Below, piece after piece: positions 9,612-17,887 of a DNA stretch of 23,463 nt. The DNA lies in assembly GCA_036507075.1 (NCBI GenBank), contig DASXQR010000200.1, positions 1 to 23,463 on the forward strand, written 5' to 3'. Source of the stretch: Acidobacteriota bacterium. Lineage in GTDB: Bacteria; Acidobacteriota; UBA6911; JACQSX01. The first letter of the stretch is position 1. Every line of letters starts with the position of its first letter. A program made the translations under genes and the position numbers. A model generated the notes under the pieces. That model did not search any database. It was not told the DNA's origin and was given only the letters and a program-made list of their open reading frames with translations.

Positions 9612-11840
9612 ATGCCGCGCAAAAGGAGCGCGGCATTTCAAGTTTTAGGCACTGTCTTTACGGGCGCTGTGCTCGTTACCGGCCTGTTGGCACTGCTTCT
9701 GAGCGGCGGTCGAGCGGTATTACATTCCGCGCCGCTTGCTTCGGAGAGTGTCTCAAAACCGGCGACATTTGTAGAGACGCCCCGCTGGGGCGTCTCCTCC
9801 TCGATGAATGTCGTGCTGGAGACGGCCGCGCCGCCGCATCCTCTGCAATCAGCAAGCAGACACGCTGCAGGAGACGGCCCAGCGGGCCGTCTCTACAAAG
9901 ATTTTGGGACAGTCTCTTACGCCCGCGGCTCTCAAGTCAGCGCGGCGCAGCGGGCCAATTTCCTCTTAATAACCATCGACACGCTTCGCGCGGATCACCT
10001 CGGATGTTACGGGTACGCGAAGGCGCGGACGCCCGTGATCGATCAACTTGCTAAAGAAGGGGTTCGCTTCGAGCGGGCCTTCACGGCTGTGCCCCTGACG
10101 CTGCCGGCGCACGCCAGCATTATGACCGGCGTATATCCCTCCTTTCATGGAGTTCGCGATAACTCGGGCTTTGTGTTGCCTGCCGAACAGACCACGCTGG
10201 CAGAAGTTCTGAAGGAGTCTGGCTACGCCACAGGGGCTGTCGTGGGCGCTTTTGTTTTGGATTCAAAATTTGGCCTGAATCAGGGTTTCGATTCTTACTA
10301 CGACCACTTTGACTTGAGCCGTTTTGAAAATGTCAGCCCGGGATATATCCAGCGAACCGCGGACCTGGTCGTCAAGGAAGCCGTTCGATGGCTGGAGTCA
10401 AAAGGGTCCGAGCCTTTTTTTCTATGGATGCACCTTTACGATCCTCATGACCCCTATACGCCTCCCGAGCCTTATGCCGGCCATCACCCTGGCCGTCCGT
10501 ACGACGGGGAAATTGAATTTGCCGATACAGCCGTTGGCTCAGTGATCGGGTGGTTAAAAAATAAAGGGGAGTACGACAATACTCTGATCTCAGTTATCGG
10601 AGACCACGGCGAGAGTCTGGGTGAGCACGGGGAATCAAAACACGGTTTTTTTATCTACGATGCAACACTGCACGTGCCCTGGATTTTGAGATTCCCCGGC
10701 GGGCAGAACGCGGGCAAAACGGTCAAAGAGAACGTTTCCACCGTTGATCTCTTTCCTACTGTGCTGCAATACCTGTCAGCGGATCGGGCTCCACTGTCCA
10801 GGATTCAGGGCAGCGGCCGGCTTGCCGCGGTAATGGGAAAGTCCTCCGACAGCCGGAGTGAGTTATATGCCGAGTGTTATTATCCAAGGTTGCAGTTCGG
10901 ATGGAGTGAATTGCGCGCCCTGATCAGTGGACCTTACAAGTTCATCCTCGCGCCAAAGCCGGAACTGTACAACCTGACAAGCGATTTCGACGAGCATAAA
11001 AATATTGCGCCGGAAAACCAGGCCATGGCCCAGAGACTGAGCGCAAGCCTGCAGGCGTTGATAAAACGCTCGACAGCGGCCTTCAATAACGCGCAGTCAC
11101 GTCTCGATCCGGCGACATTGGAGAAGCTCCGTTCGCTCGGCTACGTATCCGTCTCGATGGGAAAAACTACCAGCGAGGACTTCGCCACGCTGGCCGACCC
11201 GAAGGATCGGATCGCTGTTTACAACGAGCTGACGGATCTGTTTGAGGCTGGGTCCCGCGGGGATTACGAAAACGTGATACCCCGCTACCGCGAGGTTCTC
11301 AGGCGGGAGCCGGGGCTGAAGCTCGTTCATTACAAACTCGGTCAAGCATTGTTCCACACTGCCAGGTACAGTGATGCGCTCGAAGAATTTAAAAAGGCGA
11401 TTCAATTGGGCGGCGACGAGGCGCTGGCGACCTTCGACCTTGCTCAAACTTACCTGAAGCTGAAGCGCACGGAGGAAGCAATCCTGGGATTCGAGCGTAC
11501 TGTGCAGTTGGACCCTGCTCATTACCGGGCGCGCACAAACCTGGGAGTGCTTTACAAGAACGCCGGTCGCATTCAGGATGCCATCCGGCAATTCGAGAAG
11601 GCTCTGGAGTCGGCGCCGGGTTCTGTCAACGCTCTTGGGAACCTGGGAGTAGCGTATTCGATCGCCGGCCAGCAAGAGAAGGCGATCACCACCCTGAAGC
11701 GCGCCATAGAATTTGCGCCTCAAAACCCTTTACTTCATGTGAATCTGGGTGTAGTTTTTCAGAGGGCTGGCATGCAAACCGAGGCTGAGGAACAGTTTGC
11801 CATAGCACGGCGTTTGAACCCTAACATACTCAAGCGTTAA
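9612..11840 (+). CDS. Sulfatase-like AP-superfamily protein with C-terminal TPRs (paralogue 2)
   Basis: ATG 9612 lies 1 nt after the upstream TGA and opens a basic+hydrophobic signal/anchor; ITIDTLRAD, TLPAH, HLYDPH, GDHGE, LRSLGYV, TPRs. Confidence 0.9.
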   Translation: MPRKRSAAFQVLGTVFTGAVLVTGLLALLLSGGRAVLHSAPLASESVSKPATFVETPRWGVSSSMNVVLETAAPPHPLQSASRHAAGDGPAGRLYKDFGTVSYARGSQVSAAQRANFLLITIDTLRADHLGCYGYAKARTPVIDQLAKEGVRFERAFTAVPLTLPAHASIMTGVYPSFHGVRDNSGFVLPAEQTTLAEVLKESGYATGAVVGAFVLDSKFGLNQGFDSYYDHFDLSRFENVSPGYIQRTADLVVKEAVRWLESKGSEPFFLWMHLYDPHDPYTPPEPYAGHHPGRPYDGEIEFADTAVGSVIGWLKNKGEYDNTLISVIGDHGESLGEHGESKHGFFIYDATLHVPWILRFPGGQNAGKTVKENVSTVDLFPTVLQYLSADRAPLSRIQGSGRLAAVMGKSSDSRSELYAECYYPRLQFGWSELRALISGPYKFILAPKPELYNLTSDFDEHKNIAPENQAMAQRLSASLQALIKRSTAAFNNAQSRLDPATLEKLRSLGYVSVSMGKTTSEDFATLADPKDRIAVYNELTDLFEAGSRGDYENVIPRYREVLRREPGLKLVHYKLGQALFHTARYSDALEEFKKAIQLGGDEALATFDLAQTYLKLKRTEEAILGFERTVQLDPAHYRARTNLGVLYKNAGRIQDAIRQFEKALESAPGSVNALGNLGVAYSIAGQQEKAITTLKRAIEFAPQNPLLHVNLGVVFQRAGMQTEAEEQFAIARRLNPNILKR
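9744..9917. mobile_element. MITE-like 174-bp in-frame insert carrying a GTAG REP doublet
   Basis: Ends GAGAGTGTCTCAAAACC and GATTTTGGGACAGTCTC are 14/17 inverted matches; REP hairpins at 9771-9797 and 9870-9896; no equivalent segment in the two paralogues. Confidence 0.75.
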
Positions 11841-11956
11841 GCAGTTGATTCAATCTTTTGGACACTCTCTGAGAAATTGGATTTTTTTACAACTCGCGCC
11901 CGGGTCACACATTCGTAAATCCCCATCGCAATTACATTTTTTTGCTGCAAAAGTAA

Positions 11957-11972
11957 TGGAACAGAACTTGCT
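11957..11972 (+). promoter_or_regulatory. Sigma-54 (RpoN) -24/-12 promoter candidate
   Basis: TGGAAC-AGAAC-TTGCT: exact GG-N10-GC spacing, one mismatch to TGGCAC-N5-TTGCW; RBS TAAGGAGG at 12016-12023. Confidence 0.7.
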
Positions 11973-12029
11973 AAGCTAATTCGGTTGATGCTCCTAATCG
12001 AGGGTTTTTAGTTCATAAGGAGGAAGTCG

Positions 12030-15000
12030 ATGCGCAATTTGAGGACATTTTTGAAAGTTCTTTCGCTGTCTCTGCTCGTGGCCGCCATGTCGATTCCAGG
12101 CATATGGGCTCAGGGCAACAGCACGATTATCGGGACGATCAAAGACCCGAGTGGCGCGGTGATTCCGGGTGCCGAAGTCAGCGTCACAAACGTCGCAACC
12201 GGCGTGTCTCGAACCACGGTCACCGGAGATGACGGTTTGTTTCGCGTGACCAACCTGATTCCGGGCAAGTACACGGTAAAGGCGACTCTAACCGGTTTTA
12301 AGACCGCCCTGAGCGAAGAGTTGGCCTTGTCGGTTGGTCAAACTGCGCACGTGGAACTGAAGCTGGAAGTGGGTGACGTGACCCAATCCGTAACGGTCAC
12401 GGGCGCGGCCGCTGCGGTCGATGTGGAGCAGGGGCGGGTTTCGTCTCTCGTATCCGAGCAACAAATCAAAGACCTTCCGCTCAACGGCCGCAATATCTAT
12501 CAACTGATGCAAACCGCTCCGGGCGTTATCAATACCACTTCTACGGTGACGGAACCGGGCGAGGGCGTTAATGTGAACGGCGGGCGCGCCAATTTCAACG
12601 GTTTCTGGTTGAATGGCGTCAGCAATAAGGGCTTGAGCGGTGGCACCAATCTCACCCCGAGCGTGGATTCCGTACAGGAGTTCCGAATTGAAACGTTGAA
12701 TTTCTCTGCCGAGTACGGGGATTCGTCCGGATCCATTGTGACAGTAGTCAGCAAGAACGGAACAAACAAACTGGACGGCTCGGTTTACTGGTTCCATCGC
12801 AATGACAATCTGGACGCGCGAGAGTTCTTCGACAAGGAAAAACCCGAGTTCAAGCGGAATCAATACGGATTTACGGTGGGCGGTCCCATCCGCAAGAACC
12901 AGACATTCTTCTTCGGATCATTCGAAGGGGACAAGATAAGAACCGGGCAGAGCAGCCTGGAGGTTTTTGAGAGCTCCGCCTGGGGCAGTTACGTCCAGCG
13001 GGCCGCTCCCAACTCGGTGGCGGCTTTCCTTTACAAGAACTATCCCGGCCGGGCGTTCAAGGACAGCGAGGTACTGATGTCTGTTGGCGCCTATCTGGTC
13101 GACCGTGGGTACATCAACACCCCAAGCCAGGCTAATGTCGATGCGTTTCTCCGATCATCATTCGGGACTGCTCCCGGAACGTTGTCGGCAACCGCTCCGA
13201 TGACCGGCGAGACGAGTTTTTTTACGCCTGACTCTGTGGACGGCAACCAGTGGAGTGCGCGTATTGACCACGAGTTCGGACAGAGTGACAAGCTTTTTGG
13301 TGCATTTTTCTTCGACAAAGCGAATGGATTCTTTGTCGACGCGCGTCCGGCTTTCAACTCACCGCAGACTGTGAAGGGCTACCAACTGTCTCTCGGCTAC
13401 ACGCACACCTTCTCGCCCAGAGTGTTGAACGAAGCTCGCGCCGGCTTGAATCGAAATGTGAATGACATCCTGGCCGGCACGCCCGGTGTTCCTCTTATTA
13501 CAGAAACCGGTTCGGGCACCTCAACGTTCGGCGCCTATAACGGTTATCCGCAACGGTTCCATGAAAATGTGTTCACCTACGCGGACATTTTGAGCGTCAC
13601 TCGCGGGCGCCATGGGATCAAGATGGGAGCCGAGTTTCGCCGCAATCAGGAGAACAGCGAATTCAACGTCGGTCGTCCGAGCTATTACTTCTACGACCTG
13701 ATTTATCTGGCTCTGGATGATCCCTATTACCAGGTTGGCGGTGTGGATCCGCATATCGTCGATGGAACTCGCCGGGCGGAGTTGGCAAGCAACTTCCGCG
13801 GTTGGAGAAACTCGGAGATCGGCTTGTTCTTTAATGATGATTTCAAAGTCACCCCGCGACTGACGCTCAATCTGGGCGTGCGCTGGGACTATTATTCCCG
13901 TTTGAAGGAAGTGCACAACCGGGCAACAAGGTTCGATTTGTCGCCCGGTGGAGGCAACCTATTCCTGGGTGTGGCAAAGGGTGATTTTGCCACTGCCGAT
14001 AAACTTTCCGCTAATGACTGGAACAACATTGCTCCCCGGGTGGGACTTGCCTGGGATATAACGGGCGATGGTAAGACTTCGTTCCGGCTCGGCTACGGTG
14101 TGGCCTACCAGGCGGGAGTCTACAACCCGTTGGCGAACTCGCGCTGGAACCCGCCCTACTACTCGTTCAACCTGATTTGTGACGTGTGTGGACGTCCCCG
14201 GGAGAATATCCTGTACGGTCCGCAGACAGGAGAGCCGGTGCGGGCCAGCGGTCCGAACACCAATCCTGGAGGGCGGCTGTTTGACGGTAACATCATCGCT
14301 TATGACGGAACTAACAACAACACCACGTTCCTGACCGGGATACCCAATCCCAAGATGAAGGACCCTTATGTGCAAAGTTTCTTTGTCGGATTACAAAGGG
14401 AGCTCTTCCGCAACCTCACCTTCGAAGCCAACTACGTGGGGACGCTCGGACGCAAGCTGATTCGCGCGGAGAACTTCAACCGGTTCAAGGGCGATCGTAT
14501 AGGTGCGCCTTCGCCGGCCGATGGCCGTTTCGCAGGCGATCGGGCTCTCAACCGGATCAATCCGAATTATGGAACGATGCGCTTCTGGGAGAATTCAGTA
14601 AATACCAACTACAACGCGCTGCAGGTGACGATAAACAGAAGGTATTCGGGAGGGTTCGCGCTGGGAGGCAATTACACATGGGCCAAGTCGCTCGATATCC
14701 GATCCACCTGGCACAGCGGGGCGACCACCTCGAACGGCGCCCAGGAAGGGTATTCCACCGATGTTTCCAATCAGAGGCTCGACTATGGACGCTCCGTTTT
14801 CGATGCCCGGCATCGATTGAGCTTCAACTACATCTGGGATATGCCGTTCTTTAAGGGATCCTCGAACTGGTTTGCGCGCCAGGTGGTCGGCGGCTGGCAG
14901 ATCAACGGGAATGCCGCCTTTCAGTCGGGGCAGCCGTTTACTCCGTTCTGCTCTTTGAGCTTTGGCGGCGGGGTGACCGGATGTGATTTCAACGCCGATG

Positions 15001-15425
15001 GCGTCAATAACGACCGTCCCAATGCGCCGTCGATTGGAAACTCATTCTCTGCGCCCGACCGGCAGGATTGGGTGAATCCGAAAGCAGGTCCGTTCAACAT
15101 CGCCGGGACCGGGACAGCAAATCCGACAACTGCTCAGAAACTGGCATTTTTCGGAAGGCCGGTCAACGGGACCAACGGGACCCTGGGCAGAAATACGTAT
15201 GAGGGGCCTGGTTCTGCCAACGTGGATTTCTCGCTGTTTAAGAGCTTCGCGTTGAGCAGGGCGCACGAGGAAGCGAAACTCCAGTTGCGGTTTGAGTTTT
15301 TTAATCTGTTCAACCGGGTGAACTTTTACCAGCCCATACCGCAGATTAACGATCCTCAATTCGGGCGTCCAAAGTTGACGTTTGACGCCCGGCAGATCCA
15401 ACTGGCGCTGAAGGTTCTCTTCTAA
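12030..15425 (+). CDS. TonB-dependent receptor, Oar-like, with N-terminal carboxypeptidase-regulatory-like domain
   Basis: Signal peptide (IWA-Q); GTIKDPSGAVIPGA..GKY.V..GF; plug motifs LPLNGRN and SVQEF..FSAEYG; barrel strands LTLNLGVRWD and NNIAPRVGLAWD; C-terminal QLALKVLF. Confidence 0.93.
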   Translation: MRNLRTFLKVLSLSLLVAAMSIPGIWAQGNSTIIGTIKDPSGAVIPGAEVSVTNVATGVSRTTVTGDDGLFRVTNLIPGKYTVKATLTGFKTALSEELALSVGQTAHVELKLEVGDVTQSVTVTGAAAAVDVEQGRVSSLVSEQQIKDLPLNGRNIYQLMQTAPGVINTTSTVTEPGEGVNVNGGRANFNGFWLNGVSNKGLSGGTNLTPSVDSVQEFRIETLNFSAEYGDSSGSIVTVVSKNGTNKLDGSVYWFHRNDNLDAREFFDKEKPEFKRNQYGFTVGGPIRKNQTFFFGSFEGDKIRTGQSSLEVFESSAWGSYVQRAAPNSVAAFLYKNYPGRAFKDSEVLMSVGAYLVDRGYINTPSQANVDAFLRSSFGTAPGTLSATAPMTGETSFFTPDSVDGNQWSARIDHEFGQSDKLFGAFFFDKANGFFVDARPAFNSPQTVKGYQLSLGYTHTFSPRVLNEARAGLNRNVNDILAGTPGVPLITETGSGTSTFGAYNGYPQRFHENVFTYADILSVTRGRHGIKMGAEFRRNQENSEFNVGRPSYYFYDLIYLALDDPYYQVGGVDPHIVDGTRRAELASNFRGWRNSEIGLFFNDDFKVTPRLTLNLGVRWDYYSRLKEVHNRATRFDLSPGGGNLFLGVAKGDFATADKLSANDWNNIAPRVGLAWDITGDGKTSFRLGYGVAYQAGVYNPLANSRWNPPYYSFNLICDVCGRPRENILYGPQTGEPVRASGPNTNPGGRLFDGNIIAYDGTNNNTTFLTGIPNPKMKDPYVQSFFVGLQRELFRNLTFEANYVGTLGRKLIRAENFNRFKGDRIGAPSPADGRFAGDRALNRINPNYGTMRFWENSVNTNYNALQVTINRRYSGGFALGGNYTWAKSLDIRSTWHSGATTSNGAQEGYSTDVSNQRLDYGRSVFDARHRLSFNYIWDMPFFKGSSNWFARQVVGGWQINGNAAFQSGQPFTPFCSLSFGGGVTGCDFNADGVNNDRPNAPSIGNSFSAPDRQDWVNPKAGPFNIAGTGTANPTTAQKLAFFGRPVNGTNGTLGRNTYEGPGSANVDFSLFKSFALSRAHEEAKLQLRFEFFNLFNRVNFYQPIPQINDPQFGRPKLTFDARQIQLALKVLF

Positions 15426-15450
15426 GATTTCCGAGAACTTGCCGTAACGG

Positions 15451-15482
15451 AAAACGCCCCGAGAAATCGGGGCGTTTTTTTT
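15451..15482 (+). terminator. Rho-independent terminator, possibly bidirectional
   Basis: AAAACGCCCCGA-GAAA-TCGGGGCGTTTTTTTT between convergent genes. Confidence 0.9.
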
Positions 15483-15518
15483 CGCGCGCCGCGCACAGCC
15501 TCGGCTTAGTACGAAGGT

Positions 15519-15533
15519 TTTTGAGACAGTCTC
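15519..15533. repeat. Solo copy of the MITE-like terminal repeat
   Basis: TTTTGAGACAGTCTC differs by one base from each end of the 9744-9917 insert. Confidence 0.55.
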
Positions 15534-15564
15534 TACTGGTTGTGCCGCTGCGGGCGTCGGTCAC

Positions 15565-17670
15565 TTACCGGAACTGCGACTCGTATCTTTTGCACATTCT
15601 CGGATTGGTCCGGCAGAGCTCGTCAAATTCTTTTAGCGCCTCAGGGCGGTTGCCTGAGCGCAGCAACGCAAAGGAAAGATTTAGTCGCGCCTGGTCGTAA
15701 TCGGGTTTTATCTGCAGCGCCTTCCGATACGCGATGAGGGCATCGGTCAGGCGACCGGTGTTGGCCAGCGCAATGCCCAGAAAATTCTGTGTCATTGCAT
15801 CGTCAACGCCGGCGCTGTTTGCCTCTTCCAGCAGCTTCAGACCTTCGGCATAATTACGATCCTCCACCAGCGCGATCCCGAGAAGCTTGCGCGCCTGGCG
15901 GTCGTCGGGACGCTGCTTGAGTATTTCACGGTAAGCCTGCGCCGCCTCGCCGTAGCGCTGCGCGCGCGTCAGCACCAGCCCGAGCTGGTGCAATGCTGAA
16001 ATATGCGACGGATTTTTCTTCACGACCTTTCGCAGCAGTTCGACCGCCTCGTCATTATTGCCCAGCAAGGCAAGGGCGCGCGCCGCGTTCACGTCGATCA
16101 GACCGAAATCAGGATTTAGATTTCTTGCCTTGTCAAAAGCCGCCAGCGCCCCGGTGGGATTTCCCAAACGCAGTTCGTTCATTCCGATCGAATAGTGCAC
16201 GATGAACAGCTCCGGATGCGCAGCGGCCACCCGGCTCAAGATGCTGTTGGAGGCCTTGATATCTTTTACCTCCGCCGCCTGCAGGCCTTTCAGAATGGTG
16301 TTGTAAATCTCAATGGTTTTCTTGGGATCTTCAAGAGCTTTGCCCCTGGGGAGGGCCACCGGCTGGCTCACGGCGACGTAACCGAGCGCGGCCAGTCGCT
16401 CCACGCGTTCCGGATCATCGGCGACGCTTCCGGCAGGCGTGGCAGTGAAATTGGCCGAAAGCGTGCGGATCCTGTCTCTCATCTGATTGGAAATTGATTG
16501 GTTTGACGAGTACAGGTTCCTCGTTTCGCCGGGATCCTGGGATAAATCGTAGAGCTCTGCTTCCGGCGCCAGAATGAATTTGAACTTTCCCTCGCGCAAC
16601 ATCTGAAGCTCACTCCAGCCGAACGTGCTGCGAGGGTATAAGGTTTCTGCATACGCTGATCCGGCGGCCGCGGGCTTTCCCAGCATGGCGCTCAGCAGGC
16701 CTCTTCCTTCAATTTTCCACGAAGGCTGCTGCGGAATTCCCAGCACCTGCAGGATCGTGGGTACAATGTCGACGGTCTGAGCGATCAGGGCCGGCTTCTT
16801 TTTCCCGGCCTGATAGCTTGCCGGAAGCTTGAAAATCAAGGGAATGCGCACGGTCGGTTCGTAAACAAAAAAGCCGTGTTCGTGTTCGCGGTGCTCGCCG
16901 AGGGACTCACCGTGATCGCTGGTGGCGACGATCAGCGAATTTTCGTAGTCCCCCGATTGTTTCAGGGCGTTCAGAAGTCTGGATATTTCCGAATCGGCGT
17001 AGGCTACCTCTCCGGCGTACAGATTGGAGGCATAACGGCTGCGGAACGGCTCCGGCGGATCGTAGTCGTGGTGCGGATCATAAAGATGAACCCAGAGCAG
17101 GAACGGCCCAGCGGGCCGTGCCTTTAACCATTTCAGCACCTGCGCCATCGTTTCAGCGGCGCGGCGCTGGACATTGCCCGGGCTGACCCCGTGCATCTCG
17201 TCCAGGTTGAAATGGTCATAGTACAAGTCGAACCCCTGATTCAGTCCCCAGCGCGTTTCCAGAACCAGTGCGGAAATAAATGCGGCTGTCTTGTAGCCGC
17301 GGCTGCGAAGCATTGTCGCCAGCGTGGTAGAACCGGGTCGAAGGCCGCCCGAACTGAAGTCGCGCACGCCATGTGTTGCCGGGTAAAGTCCCGTCAGAAT
17401 GGACGCATGCGAGGGCGGCGTCAGCGGCACCTGGCAATAGGCCTGGGAAAACAGCACGCCATCGTTTGCCAGCGAATCCAGGGCAGGCGTCTGCACCCGG
17501 CTGCTGCCATAGGCGCCCACATAATCGGCGCGCAGAGTGTCGATGGTGATCAGGATAACATTGGAGCTCTTGGCGGCGAGACGGCCTTGGGCGCCGGTCG
17601 TGCGCAACCGTCTCGTGCCAGCCAGCGCCATCGCACACGCCAGTGCCAGGACGATTAATCTTACTCGCAT
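15565..17670 (-). CDS. Sulfatase-like AP-superfamily protein with C-terminal TPRs (paralogue 3)
   Basis: N-terminal signal/anchor; NVILITIDTLRAD, TPPSH, HLYDPH, SDHGE, LAALGYV, TPRs. Confidence 0.92.
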   Translation of the reverse strand: MRVRLIVLALACAMALAGTRRLRTTGAQGRLAAKSSNVILITIDTLRADYVGAYGSSRVQTPALDSLANDGVLFSQAYCQVPLTPPSHASILTGLYPATHGVRDFSSGGLRPGSTTLATMLRSRGYKTAAFISALVLETRWGLNQGFDLYYDHFNLDEMHGVSPGNVQRRAAETMAQVLKWLKARPAGPFLLWVHLYDPHHDYDPPEPFRSRYASNLYAGEVAYADSEISRLLNALKQSGDYENSLIVATSDHGESLGEHREHEHGFFVYEPTVRIPLIFKLPASYQAGKKKPALIAQTVDIVPTILQVLGIPQQPSWKIEGRGLLSAMLGKPAAAGSAYAETLYPRSTFGWSELQMLREGKFKFILAPEAELYDLSQDPGETRNLYSSNQSISNQMRDRIRTLSANFTATPAGSVADDPERVERLAALGYVAVSQPVALPRGKALEDPKKTIEIYNTILKGLQAAEVKDIKASNSILSRVAAAHPELFIVHYSIGMNELRLGNPTGALAAFDKARNLNPDFGLIDVNAARALALLGNNDEAVELLRKVVKKNPSHISALHQLGLVLTRAQRYGEAAQAYREILKQRPDDRQARKLLGIALVEDRNYAEGLKLLEEANSAGVDDAMTQNFLGIALANTGRLTDALIAYRKALQIKPDYDQARLNLSFALLRSGNRPEALKEFDELCRTNPRMCKRYESQFR

Positions 17671-17676
17671 TTTGGA

Positions 17677-17682
17677 ATTATA
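17677..17682 (-). promoter_or_regulatory. -10 box positioned for leaderless transcription of sulfatase-like gene 3
   Basis: Minus strand reads TATAAT-TCCAAA-ATG(17670); no Shine-Dalgarno. Confidence 0.55.
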
Positions 17683-17717
17683 CCGCGTCGCTCAGCTCTA
17701 GAAATCGAGTTCGGATA

Positions 17718-17792
17718 GTAGAGACGGCCCGCTGGGCCGTCTCCTGCACCCGGCGGCATCCTGCAGGAGACGGCCCGCTGGGCCGTCTCTAC
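17718..17792. repeat. GTAG-family REP doublet (REPIN-like)
   Basis: GTAGAGACGGCCCGCTGGGCCGTCTCCTGCA (17718-17748) and inverted TGCAGGAGACGGCCCGCTGGGCCGTCTCTAC (17762-17792). Confidence 0.92.
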
Positions 17793-17887
17793 AAGGCTGG
17801 AGACCATGGCCGAAGCATGCGATTGGCCGGAGCGTATACCGCGTATTGCGAGTATAATGAAGGCAATCAAACAGGCCGTCCACCGCT

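Noticed and set aside
7370..17670. Classical sulfated-polysaccharide utilisation locus
   Set aside because: No formylglycine motif, maturation enzyme, glycoside hydrolase or SusD-like gene in the window.
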